64,000 nt of DNA, taken from positions 1,152,001 through 1,216,000 of the forward strand of contig CP136572.1 in NCBI GenBank assembly GCA_035193785.1, written 5' to 3'. Origin of the DNA: Planktothrix sp. GU0601_MAG3. Its GTDB lineage: Bacteria; Cyanobacteriota; Cyanobacteriia; Cyanobacteriales; Microcoleaceae. Both the position numbers and the translations under genes were made by a program. The notes under the pieces were generated by a model, which was not told the DNA's origin, made no database searches, and worked only from the letters and a program-made list of their open reading frames with translations. Position 1 is the first letter of the stretch; every line of letters starts with the position of its first letter. Of the stretch, positions 35,761 to 45,456 are shown piece after piece.

Positions 35761-37350
35761 ATGGTTTTCGGCAATTTAGCGGTTATGTTAATTATTGGAG
35801 TCGTGGTTGGTGTAGGACTCGCCTACTGGTGGTTTGACAAACAGATCTCCAATCAAAAAAACAGTACGGAAGAAAACAATCGTCAGCAACGAGAGGAACA
35901 GGAAAAATCACATCAGATTCGTCAACAACAAACCGTTCAACAGTTACAACAGGAACATCAAAATCAACTTCAGCAAGAAAGACAAACGTTAGAAAATCAA
36001 TATCAAGCTCAAATCGAACAGATAAGTTTGCAGTTACAGGAGAAAGATACTCAGGTTGAACAACTGAATCAATCACTTTTTGAATCTGAAACCCAGGTTG
36101 CACAAATTACAGCACAATTGCAAGAAAGTGAAGTTCAAGCTACACAACTCAATGACCTTTTGAGTCAGTATCAAACCATGCTGGAACAGGTGAATGCTGA
36201 ATTAGAAGCCACTCAAGCACAGGTTCAGGAACTAAGTCAATTTTCTACCAATCAACAGGTTGAATCTGAAATTCAACCTGTTGATTCGGTAACTCCAGCA
36301 ATAGAAATAACCCTTCCTTTACCAGAAACTTCGGAAGAAACACCTTTTTTTGAGGGTGAATTTGCAGCAACAGAACCTGCGGTTTTAGAGTCTCCTATCG
36401 TTGAGGAAATTATCCCAGAATCTCCAATTTTAGAAGCTCCTATCGTTGAGGAATTTATCCCAGAATCTCCGGTTTTAGACTCTCCCACCCTTGAGGAAGT
36501 AGTTGCAGAATCTCCAATTTTAGAAGATTCTACCGTTGAGGAAATTATCCCAGAATCTCCAATTTTAGAAGCTCCTATCGTTGAGGAATTTATCCCAGAA
36601 TCTCCAATTTTAGAGTCTCCTACCGTTGAGGAAATAGTTGCAGAATCTCCAATTTTAGAAGCTCCTATCGTTGAGGAAATTATCCCAGAACCTCCAATTT
36701 TAGAAGCTCCTACAGTTGAGGAAATTATCCCAGAATCTCCAATTTTAGACTCTCCCACCGTTGAGGAAGTAGTTGCAGAACCTCCAATTTTAGAAGCTCC
36801 TACCGTTGAGGAAATTATCCCAGAATCTCCAATTTTAGAAGATTCTACCGTTGAGGAAATAGTTGCAGAATCTCCAATTTTAGAGACTTCTAATATTGAG
36901 GAAGTTATAACACAAACTGTATCAGAGGAAGAATTAATTCAACAAATTTTAGCAATTGGAACATCAGGAAACTTTGCATCTGTTAACACATTAACCGGAT
37001 ATTTGCAACATCCTAATCCTCAAGTTCGTTATGCTATTGCTTCAACATTAGGAAAAATTACCGCCTCTCGTCGCTTGAGTCGGGAAGTACAACAAACCAT
37101 TCCTGTTTTAACTCGATTGAGTCAAGATATTGATCCAAATGTTCGTCAGGAAGCGATTATTGCATTGGGAAATATCCCCTCGCATCAAGTTATTCCGATC
37201 TTACAAAAAGCATTGCGAGATTCTCAAACTAACGTCATGCAAGCCGCTAGTTTAGCATTAAACAAATTCAAAGTTTATCGCGTCCGTCCCAAATCTCAAC
37301 CGAAATCCCTAATGTTGAGAAAACCTGATATATCTAGGAATCCTCAATAG
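35761..37350 (+). CDS. Membrane-anchored coiled-coil protein with acidic Pro/Glu repeats and C-terminal HEAT (PBS-lyase-like) repeats
   Basis: N-terminal TM, Q/E-rich coil, about 11 15-aa repeats, HPNPQVRYAIASTLG / DPNVRQEAIIALG. Confidence 0.8.
   Translation: MVFGNLAVMLIIGVVVGVGLAYWWFDKQISNQKNSTEENNRQQREEQEKSHQIRQQQTVQQLQQEHQNQLQQERQTLENQYQAQIEQISLQLQEKDTQVEQLNQSLFESETQVAQITAQLQESEVQATQLNDLLSQYQTMLEQVNAELEATQAQVQELSQFSTNQQVESEIQPVDSVTPAIEITLPLPETSEETPFFEGEFAATEPAVLESPIVEEIIPESPILEAPIVEEFIPESPVLDSPTLEEVVAESPILEDSTVEEIIPESPILEAPIVEEFIPESPILESPTVEEIVAESPILEAPIVEEIIPEPPILEAPTVEEIIPESPILDSPTVEEVVAEPPILEAPTVEEIIPESPILEDSTVEEIVAESPILETSNIEEVITQTVSEEELIQQILAIGTSGNFASVNTLTGYLQHPNPQVRYAIASTLGKITASRRLSREVQQTIPVLTRLSQDIDPNVRQEAIIALGNIPSHQVIPILQKALRDSQTNVMQAASLALNKFKVYRVRPKSQPKSLMLRKPDISRNPQ
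36385..36905 (+). repeat. Coding 45-bp tandem repeat, about 11 units
   Basis: Unit approx TCTCCAATTTTAGAAGCTCCTATCGTTGAGGAAATTATCCCAGAA (SPILEAPIVEEIIPE). Confidence 0.92.
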
Positions 37351-37498
37351 GTTATAATATTTTATTGTGGGGGTTTGACATCCGAGTCCAACCCCTACAT
37401 TTTTGTTTGGTAATAACTTTATAGTTTCCCTAGCGATGGGGAATCAAATATAAAGTTTTGATTTTTATTAACATGAAACTTGACTTTTAGAAACAACA

Positions 37499-37859
37499 AT
37501 GAAATTTCAAACCTCCTTATTCGCGATCGCTTGTCTTATTGGTACAGTAGGTATTTATTTACCAGTTTCAAGCTAATTCCTTACAGAATACCTCCATTCA
37601 GATGGCTCAGTCTTCTGCACCCGAAAAGACTTATATGACTCCCCAAAATGCTAACGAAATTGCTGTTAGAATTCAGGATGGAGAGTTTTTCTTCGCGGGA
37701 ATGTTAAAGCGGACTTCGGGCAATAAATTTATGGCTCAAGATGAACAAGTTCGTGTGATGTACGATAAAGATACAAGTCAAGTCGTTGTGATCAATGTCG
37801 TTACAGGAACAGAATTTTATAACTATATCTTCTCTACTGCTGATGAAGGATCATTGTAA
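37499..37859 (+). CDS. Small secreted hypothetical protein; frameshift at 37565-37569
   Basis: MKFQTSLFAIACLIGTVGIYLPVQA signal peptide joins ORF 37602..37859 after removing one T. Confidence 0.65.
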
Positions 37860-37990
37860 AATTTTTGTTATTTGATATTATAAATTATGATTAGCGAAGG
37901 ATGTTTATAGTTCCAACATAATTTGAGCTTGAGTTTGAGCTTTGCTCGGTGTTTCCCCTGTTAGTTCTAGTATTTTGGCGATCCTGTTTT

Positions 37991-39790
37991 CTATGAATGC
38001 GATCGCACGCTTTCATTCCATTCCTTTAAAAAAGTCTCATAGGCGTGATTAATTTGTTGCATGACGGCGATCGCCTCTGATTTAACGTTATAATCAGGAT
38101 GATATTGTTTTGCTAATTGATAATAGGCTTGTTTGACTTGATTAGGTGTTGCCTTGGGATTTACTCCTAATATTTGCCACCAATTTTGATAACATTCGGA
38201 TGCGATTAATTCCGGTAGACTTAATTGTTGATACCAGATTTGTAAAATACCCTTTTGACTTCCACTAACCAATCTTTGACCATCGGGACTAAAAGCAACG
38301 GGAGAACAACCGGAGAGTGTTTGCAATAATTCTCCGGTTTTCCAATTCCATAATTTAACCGTTTGATCCACACTTCCACTCGCCAAAATTTGGCTATTGG
38401 GACTCAAAGCTATAGAAAAAATAGCGGCGGAATGTCCAGTTAATGTCCGAATTAATTGATGATTTTTCCAATTCCAGACTTTAATTGTATTATCAGCACT
38501 CCCACTGATTAAAACTTGATTATCAGGACTGAATAAAACCGCAGTCACCCAGTTAGAATGTCCGGTTAAAATAATAGGATTTTCATAGGCTTTTATATTC
38601 CAAATTATAATGGTTTTATCAGCACTACCACTGGCTACAAATTGACTCTGAGAACAGATAGCTACAGACCAAACTCCATCAGTATGTCCGTTCAAAATTC
38701 GTTTAGATTGTCCGGTTTTAAAATACCAAAGTCTAACGGTTTTATCGCTACTTCCACTAATTAAAATTTGACCATCTGGACTAAATACAAGGGACGTAAT
38801 AATTCCCATATTTTTTTCAGGAAAATTCTGATCCAATAAAGTTCGATTTAGTTGTCGAGTCTGAAAATTCCAGAGGGTAATTCGACCATTAACACTCCCC
38901 GTGGCAACGATTTCTGAATTCGGACTAATGGCAACGGAATACATCTCATAGGGCATAAACCAAGTATATTTTTTCTTAACTGTATTAACATCCCAAATAT
39001 TAATATTGCGATCATCACTGGCACTGATCAAAGTTTGACTATCGGGACTAAAAGCCACCGCATGAATTGAATCTTGATGTCCGGCTAAACCCTGTGTTTC
39101 TGTCCACATTAAATCCGGTGAATGGGGACGAATAACAAGATTATGATTGTCAATATTAGGTTTTTCTGTATTTTTTTGAGGGGATGATTGCTGGGAATCT
39201 TGAATATTTTGTTTAAGCTGTTTTAATTCATCTTCTAATTCTAAATCATTGAATTTTTGTTTTAATTTTTCTTCGTGAAATTCAGGAATTAGTTCTAAAA
39301 CTTCTAATAATGCGGCGGTATAAAATTCCTGATCTAAAATTCGTTCTTCCATCCGGTCAAAGGCTTGAAACGCTGTTTCTCCGCTTCCAGTAGCATCAAT
39401 TAATTGGGCAATTCCATATAATCCTAAGCCAACAATGCCGCCAAAAACCCCTAATGTTCCCATGCCAATTCCCACACCTGTCCCGGCAAAACCTAACCCC
39501 ATTCCTCCCACAACGGAAGAAATTCCCGCCCCGGAAATTGCCCCTAATCCTACTGCACCCCAGGCGATAGAATCCCCCTGATTAATTGCTCTAAATGCTC
39601 CATAAGTTGCAGCACCCGCCACCGCCCCCACACCCATTAAGGGCATCATTCCTAACCCAATTCCCCCAAAACTTCCCACCAGTCCCACACCACCAATTGT
39701 GCTATAAATTCCTGCCCCAGTCGCTGCACCGACGGTAACAAATGTTGTACCAGTAGTTAAGTTTTGCGAGAAATTATAATAACTTTTCAT
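37991..39790 (-). CDS. Glycine-zipper membrane region + WD40 repeats + C-terminal J domain
   Basis: GxxxG-rich N-terminus; about 7 GH..WD-type repeats; WWQILGV...AKQYHPD...INHAYE J domain. Confidence 0.85.
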   Translation of the reverse strand: MKSYYNFSQNLTTGTTFVTVGAATGAGIYSTIGGVGLVGSFGGIGLGMMPLMGVGAVAGAATYGAFRAINQGDSIAWGAVGLGAISGAGISSVVGGMGLGFAGTGVGIGMGTLGVFGGIVGLGLYGIAQLIDATGSGETAFQAFDRMEERILDQEFYTAALLEVLELIPEFHEEKLKQKFNDLELEDELKQLKQNIQDSQQSSPQKNTEKPNIDNHNLVIRPHSPDLMWTETQGLAGHQDSIHAVAFSPDSQTLISASDDRNINIWDVNTVKKKYTWFMPYEMYSVAISPNSEIVATGSVNGRITLWNFQTRQLNRTLLDQNFPEKNMGIITSLVFSPDGQILISGSSDKTVRLWYFKTGQSKRILNGHTDGVWSVAICSQSQFVASGSADKTIIIWNIKAYENPIILTGHSNWVTAVLFSPDNQVLISGSADNTIKVWNWKNHQLIRTLTGHSAAIFSIALSPNSQILASGSVDQTVKLWNWKTGELLQTLSGCSPVAFSPDGQRLVSGSQKGILQIWYQQLSLPELIASECYQNWWQILGVNPKATPNQVKQAYYQLAKQYHPDYNVKSEAIAVMQQINHAYETFLKEWNESVRSHS

Positions 39791-39853
39791 GATTTTTTTC
39801 AGTTGCGTAAATTTCATTATAGAATTAATAATAATTCTATCAATAACCTATCT

Positions 39854-40900
39854 ATGACATCTAATCAAAACTTTAGTTTAACTTGTCCGATTCCAATTCA
39901 ACAATACCCTCATATTTTACTCGCTCATGGCGGTGGGGGTAAACTGATGCGTCAATTAATTGACAAAATGTTTTTACCTACTTTTGGTGATCCCAATCAA
40001 GTTGAACATGATGCAGCTACCCTACAATTAAACGGAAATAAAATAGCCTTTACGACGGATTCCTATGTGGTTAATCCCCTATTTTTTCCGGGGGGAGATA
40101 TTGGCTCAATGGCTGTTTATGGAACTGTTAATGATTTAGCAATGGCGGGGGCTCGTCCTTTATATTTAAGTGTGGGTTTTATTTTAGAAGAAGGTTTACC
40201 GATTCAAACGTTATGGGAAATTATTCTATCTATGAAACAAGCCGCCGAAAAAGCTCAGGTTAAAATTGTTACTGGAGATACTAAAGTTGTTGATAAAGGT
40301 AAGGGAGATGGGATTTTTATTAATACATCAGGTATCGGAATAATTGAACACAACTTAACCATTAATCCCCTATCTGTTCAACCGGGAGATGCTGTTATTA
40401 TTAATGGGGATTTAGGACGCCATGGGATTGCAATTATGGCGGTGCGAGAGGGATTAGAATTTGAAACAACTATAGAAAGCGATTCTGCACCTGTGGCGGA
40501 TGTGGTTTTAGAGTTATTAGAGGCGGGAATAGAAATTCACTGTTTACGAGATTTAACCCGGGGCGGTTTAGCAAGTACGTTAAATGAAATTGCTACTGCT
40601 GCTAAAGTGGAAATTGCAATTCAAGAAACGGCTATTAATATATTAGAAGAAGTTAGAGGTGCTTGTGAAATATTGGGATTTGATGCCCTTTATATTGCTA
40701 ATGAAGGGCGGTTTGCGGTGTTTGTTCCTGAAAAAGATATTGAAAAAACCTTATCAATTTTACGGGCAAAAATTCCAGAAGCGAGTTTAATTGGTTGCGT
40801 TAAAACAACTTCAAATCCTTTAGTTACCATGGAAAGTACAATCGGAGCAAAACGAATTATTGATATGTTAAGTGGAGAACAGTTACCTCGGATTTGTTAG
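39854..40900 (+). CDS. hypE: Hydrogenase maturation protein HypE
   Basis: [37 protein letters not shown]-terminal LPRIC. Confidence 0.97.
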   Translation: MTSNQNFSLTCPIPIQQYPHILLAHGGGGKLMRQLIDKMFLPTFGDPNQVEHDAATLQLNGNKIAFTTDSYVVNPLFFPGGDIGSMAVYGTVNDLAMAGARPLYLSVGFILEEGLPIQTLWEIILSMKQAAEKAQVKIVTGDTKVVDKGKGDGIFINTSGIGIIEHNLTINPLSVQPGDAVIINGDLGRHGIAIMAVREGLEFETTIESDSAPVADVVLELLEAGIEIHCLRDLTRGGLASTLNEIATAAKVEIAIQETAINILEEVRGACEILGFDALYIANEGRFAVFVPEKDIEKTLSILRAKIPEASLIGCVKTTSNPLVTMESTIGAKRIIDMLSGEQLPRIC

Positions 40901-40944
40901 GGAGTTAATCTTTTAAATAGACCCAATAATCAGGAGACAGAAGA

Positions 40945-41169
40945 ATGAAATACACAATTATTATTCAATGGTCTGAGGAAGATCAATGTTTTGTGGTGTT
41001 TTTACCTGAATTTGAGGATATTATGCAGCCTTGTACCCATGGAAATTCCTATCAAGATGCTGTTAATAATGCAGAGGAGGTTATTGAATTATTAATTGAG
41101 AGTTATCAAGCAGAGGGTAAACCTTTACCCCATCAAAAAAATATAGGGAATTTTTGCCAAGTTGCTTAA
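40945..41169 (+). CDS. hicB: HicB family antitoxin (orphan)
   Basis: IQWSEEDQCFVVFLPEF, THGNSYQDAVNNAEEVIELL, PLP. Confidence 0.85.
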   Translation: MKYTIIIQWSEEDQCFVVFLPEFEDIMQPCTHGNSYQDAVNNAEEVIELLIESYQAEGKPLPHQKNIGNFCQVA

Positions 41170-41216
41170 ATTTGTAGGATACTCGATTGTAGCCCACGCA
41201 CCTAATAATACTTTAT

Positions 41217-41711
41217 CTAAAATTCACCCGCATCTCGTTTGCGCCAAAATTCATCACGCTGTTTTTGCTGTTGTTTCAGTTTTTCTTTTCTAGCACTTTC
41301 TAAATCTTGATTTAACTTGTTAGTAATAGCCTGCTTTAACTGATGACTTTTATAACTGCGAACGGTTAAAACAGGTTGAACTAAAGAAACCGCTAAAGCT
41401 CCAATGGCGGTATGAATTTTGTCTTGAATTTGTCCTGAATATTGTTTACCTGTAATCACATACCAAGCAAACATTTCACAATTATTCCGATGAATATTAT
41501 ACTCTCCAAATCTTTGAGGATATTCTAAAATTCGTTGTTCTTGTTCAGGGGTTAATTCTGCTGCTTTGCCTTTATATTCAACACCATTAGGCCCCCAACC
41601 GATTGAATTTTCAAAGGTTCCATCGGAGGAAATAAAATAATGTTTAGCAATTCCTAATGATGACTCAATAGGAATAGAATAGATGGAATTTGCCATGGGT
41701 ACTGAGTGCAA
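41217..41711 (-). CDS. LRAT/NC-domain (permuted NlpC/P60) protein
   Basis: KHYFI histidine and GEYNIHRNNCEMFA (NC motif) followed by TG...S.Q. Confidence 0.7.
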   Translation of the reverse strand: MHSVPMANSIYSIPIESSLGIAKHYFISSDGTFENSIGWGPNGVEYKGKAAELTPEQEQRILEYPQRFGEYNIHRNNCEMFAWYVITGKQYSGQIQDKIHTAIGALAVSLVQPVLTVRSYKSHQLKQAITNKLNQDLESARKEKLKQQQKQRDEFWRKRDAGEF

Positions 41712-41818
41712 ATATCCCTTATAATTAATAATATATTACTAAAAAAAAGCTGTGAATTGTTTTTTTTGTAATAATTAGTAATAATTGGTGTTTGGTGCGT
41801 GGGCGGTACTTCTACATT

Positions 41819-43001
41819 CTAAGAATACCAAATAGATTCAATATTAGAGGCGATCGCATTTGCTTCTTGTTCTATATTTTGACCATTTTCTGTGTGAATT
41901 AATACCGTTACATGACCTAACTTTCTACCTGGACGAGATGCGGTTTTACCATACCAACGAATAAAAGAATTAGGAATTTCTGCGATCCTTTGACGCTTTT
42001 CTAAATACTCACTATTAGCGGTTTCAAACCCTAATAAATTCACCATCACCGCCCCACTACATTTTAAGGCGGTATCGCCTAACGGTAAACCACTCACCGC
42101 CCTTAAATGTTGTTTAAATTGGGAAGTTTCACAAGCATCCAAACTAAAATGACCGGAATTATGGGTGCGGGGGGCGATTTCATTAACTAATAGTTCCCCC
42201 TCCGATGTTAAGAATAATTCTATGCCAAATACCCCAATCACTTGTAAACTATTAAGTAGGGTTTTGGCGATCGCTTCTGCTTGTTCGGCTATGGTTTTAT
42301 TAATATTAGCTGGAGCGATAACCCGATGACAAACTTGATTTTTCTGCACCGTTTCAACTATGGGATAAACTGCCACATCTCCCGTAACTGAACGGGCTGC
42401 AACCACCGCTAATTCACGTTCAAAAGGAACAAATTTCTGTAATAACATAGGAGGATAATGGAATTTTGCCCAGGTTTGAGATAATTCCTCGACATTTTTA
42501 ATAATAAAAGTTCCCTGACCATCATAGCCATAACGACAGGCTTTTAAAACCACCGGATAACCCAAATTATGATCAATTACTCTACCATTTTCGGGGTTTA
42601 AAAGTTGAAATTCGGGAACGGGTAAACCAATTTTTTCTAAATAACTGAGTTGATCATATTTATCTAATAATAAAGATAAAGCTGATAAACGAGGACGAAA
42701 ACAAACCCCCTGTTTCCGCAAGTTTAGATAGGGCGTTTAAATCCACAAATTCATTTTCAAAAGTAATGACATCGCAATGAGTTGCTAATTTTGCCGTGGC
42801 TGTGGCATCATCAATTTTGGCTAAAATAGTTTCCGTGGCAAAAGGTACGGCGGGGTCGTCAGTTTGGGGCGTTTGAATAAATAAAGAAACCCCTAAAGAT
42901 GCGGCTTCTATTCCCATCATCCAAGCCAGTTGTCCCCCTCCAATTACACCAATTTTGGTTAGGGTTTGAGGTTGAATTGTGGGAGTAGATAGGGTGTTCA
43001 T
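41819..43001 (-). CDS. purK: N5-carboxyaminoimidazole ribonucleotide synthase; frameshift at 42712-42716
   Basis: GVIGGGQLAWM, ITFENEFV, GYDGQG, NEIAPRTHNSGH, RKLGHVT. Confidence 0.96.
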
Positions 43002-43087
43002 TTTTTAGCAATGGTTTCAACTTTATTTATTTTAACTGAATATAGCAATATAGCAATCCCCAATCAGTTGTAATCATTGCAGACCTA

Positions 43088-43567
43088 GCACTTTGGACTA
43101 GAAACCGCTACTCCTCTTGATGAAAGTCTGGACACAGCAGGTGGGTGTCTGGGTTGAACAGGACTTACGCAGTTACGCTATATGTAGCGTACTAATGAGT
43201 TGGCGATGCCGACAGGCGGCGTTACTGCCATCGCGCTCGTAACTCAAACGAGATCGCTTTAACAGGAAAACCTCTTAAAGTCCCCCAATTTTGGGGGATT
43301 TAGGGGGCAAATATTGCTGCTTTAGAAATCTGTTCTAAAACGGCTGATAAATCCTTCATAACCTTAGCATTCTAAACACTATACATTTCAAGCCATCTAG
43401 CCCCCTAGCCCCCAACATTGGGGGGAAAATAAATAATTAGGACTTTTTAGGGCAATTGCTATTATCATTGGTATGCGATCACCTACTTTTGACACGCTAT
43501 ATATAGCCTGCTTGCGTAAGTCCTGTTGAAGTTAGAATCTCCGCCACTTTGGCGCAGAGGGTGTCAA
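43088..43567 (+). mobile_element. Relic of an IS200/IS605-family right end (tnpB 3'/omegaRNA-like region), interrupted by the MITE at 43159-43525
   Basis: After removing the MITE: ...GGGTTGAAGTTAGAATCTCCGCCACTTTGGCGCAGAGGGTGTCAA, a subterminal hairpin ending in TCAA like cyanobacterial IS605 right ends (pattern recall). Confidence 0.55.
43159..43525. mobile_element. 367-bp non-autonomous element (MITE) with 13-bp TIR CAGGACTTACGCA and 5-bp TSD TTGAA
   Basis: Perfect TIR at 43159-43171 and 43513-43525; TTGAA at 43154-43158 and 43526-43530; no ORF inside. Confidence 0.88.
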
Positions 43568-43570
43568 CTA

Positions 43571-43579
43571 TGGTATAAT
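43571..43579 (+). promoter_or_regulatory. Extended -10 promoter (TGnTATAAT) for the cob operon
   Basis: TGGTATAAT about 7 nt upstream of the riboswitch 5' end. Confidence 0.6.
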
Positions 43580-43585
43580 TCCCTA

Positions 43586-43706
43586 GCTTGTTGTTGGGAA
43601 AGTCCGGTGGGATTCCGTTACTGTGCCGCAACTGTAATCAAGGAAAAAATAATTGAATTTTGTCTTTTCAGCTTTTCCCTTGCGAGTCAGAATGCCAATT
43701 TCAAGC
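43586..43706 (+). promoter_or_regulatory. Cobalamin riboswitch
   Basis: GGGAAAGTCCGGTG..ATTCCG, CTGTGCCGCAACTGTAA and B12-box GAGTCAGAATGCC; GCTTG/CAAGC closing stem; upstream of cobG. Confidence 0.85.
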
Positions 43707-43799
43707 AGTTTAAAATGGGATAGAAACACGGTTTTAAACTAATAGCAAAAAAATCGAGTTTCTCACTCATTCTCTGCGTTGCATGGAGAAAAAACAACT

Positions 43800-45239
43800 G
43801 TGAATTGGTTAGCTAAAGCAAATGTTTGTCCGGGATTATTTTATGGGACTCCCGCCCAAGATGGGTTTTTAATTCGCATCCGCACCCCCGGGGGATGGCT
43901 GAATGCTAAACAGGGGAAATTGATCGCCCAATTACTCAAAGTATGGGGAAGTGAAACCCTACAAGTCACAAACCGAGGGAATTTACAAATTAGGGCGGTA
44001 CAAACTTCCCCTAGTTTAGAAGTATTTCAAACCTTACAAAACCTCGGTTTAGCCGCATCTGATCCTCGGATAGATCACCTGCGAAATATTATGGCTAGTC
44101 CCACCGCCGGAATTGATCCTCAAGAATTAATTGATACTCGTCCATTGGTTCAAAAATTAGATTATTTTATTCAGAATCATCCCTCAATTATTGAACTTAG
44201 TCCTAAATTTGGTATCGGCATTGATGGTGGGGGAAAAGTGGGAATTGGAACCCGTTCTCCGATAGCTTGGGAACACCGTTATAATGAAATTCAACTCTGG
44301 GCAATTGCTATTGATGATCCTATCAATTCCACCTCTGATATTTACTTCCAGTTAGCCCTCGGAGGGAATAAAAATTTATATCCTACCCCAATATTAATTA
44401 AGCCAGAAAACTGTTTAGCTGTAGTAGCTGCTTTGGTTAAGGTTTATATTGATTATGTGCAGAAAAATCCATCCGCAACCGGGAAAAAACCCCGGATGAA
44501 ACACTTACTTAAAGATTGGGGTATAGAAGGTTATCTCAAAACAGTTAAGGCTAATTTAGAATATCCTTTAAATCTAATTATTGATGCAGAAAAAACGGTT
44601 TTAAAAACTTTAAATCCCCTACCCTCCCAACCCTATGCCCATTTAGGAATTCATCCCCAAAAACAAGCCGGATTATCCTATTTGGGTTTATCATTAAAAT
44701 TAGGAAAATTGACGGCGGATCAATTATTGGAATTAGTAGAAATCTCCGAAACCTTTGGTAGTGGTCAGTTACGCTTAACACCTTGGCAGACTATTTTAAT
44801 TCCCGATATTCCCAATCAAAAAATACCGGAATTATTACCCAAACTAACCCCATGGGGATTATCAAATTCTTTAGTTGATGCTGCAATTGTTGCCTGTGCG
44901 GGAAAACCCGGGTGTGCGGCGGCGGCAACGGAAACCCAAATCCATGCTTTAATATTAGGAGATTATCTTAAGGAACGGTTAACGCTGAATTCCCTAGTTA
45001 ATATTCATTTGACCGGTTGTAATAAATTATGCGCCCAACCGAGTCCGGCAGAAATTACACTTTTAGGAACAACAATTGAACAAAATGGCAAAATAGTTGA
45101 GGGGTATCAAGTTTATATTGGCAAGGGTCAAGACTCGTTAAATCATCAAGTTGGTGAGGGAAAACTGGTTGATATTCTTCCCTTAATTCAAAAAATTTGT
45201 GTTGATCTCAATCAGGACTTAGGAATGAAAAACCAATAA
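43800..45239 (+). CDS. cobG: Precorrin-3B synthase (nitrite/sulfite reductase fold)
   Basis: CPGLF...QDGFLIRIRTPGG, TNRGNLQIR, ACAGKPGC, HLTGCNKLCA; GTG start after GGAGA. Confidence 0.9.
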   Translation: MNWLAKANVCPGLFYGTPAQDGFLIRIRTPGGWLNAKQGKLIAQLLKVWGSETLQVTNRGNLQIRAVQTSPSLEVFQTLQNLGLAASDPRIDHLRNIMASPTAGIDPQELIDTRPLVQKLDYFIQNHPSIIELSPKFGIGIDGGGKVGIGTRSPIAWEHRYNEIQLWAIAIDDPINSTSDIYFQLALGGNKNLYPTPILIKPENCLAVVAALVKVYIDYVQKNPSATGKKPRMKHLLKDWGIEGYLKTVKANLEYPLNLIIDAEKTVLKTLNPLPSQPYAHLGIHPQKQAGLSYLGLSLKLGKLTADQLLELVEISETFGSGQLRLTPWQTILIPDIPNQKIPELLPKLTPWGLSNSLVDAAIVACAGKPGCAAAATETQIHALILGDYLKERLTLNSLVNIHLTGCNKLCAQPSPAEITLLGTTIEQNGKIVEGYQVYIGKGQDSLNHQVGEGKLVDILPLIQKICVDLNQDLGMKNQ

Positions 45240-45409
45240 GGTGACTAATTGGGCAATAGTTTACCTTAGATAAAGGTTTCCAGGGTTTAATTGTGCAAGT
45301 TATTTATTTTTCATTCCTTACGCACAGAAACCGGGTTTTTTTACGAAAATACTTCGTGTGACCCACATATTATCTAAAAAACCCGGCTTCTCGGTCTCCA
45401 TAAGTCCTA
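45213..45409. mobile_element. CAGGACTTACGCA-family MITE (TSD TCAAT) carrying an AGAAACCGGG palindrome, with a nested element in its left TIR
   Basis: TCAAT at 45208-45212 and 45410-45414; left end CAGGAC(TTA)[insert]TTACGCA; degenerate right end TCCATAAGTCCTA. Confidence 0.8.
45222..45317. mobile_element. 96-bp nested MITE, TIR GGAATGAAAAAnnAATAA, TSD TTA
   Basis: TIR 16/18 identical; TTA at 45219-45221 and 45318-45320; excision restores CAGGACTTACGCA. Confidence 0.82.
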
Positions 45410-45456
45410 TCAATAAAACCCAACCCGAATAATTTTTTAAACATCAAACAATTAAT

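Noticed and set aside
36385..36905. Regular repeats as a CRISPR array
   Set aside because: Contiguous in-frame 45-bp coding repeats with no spacers.
43526..43723. 65-aa ORF upstream of cobG
   Set aside because: Overlaps the IS-end relic, promoter and riboswitch; no coding features.
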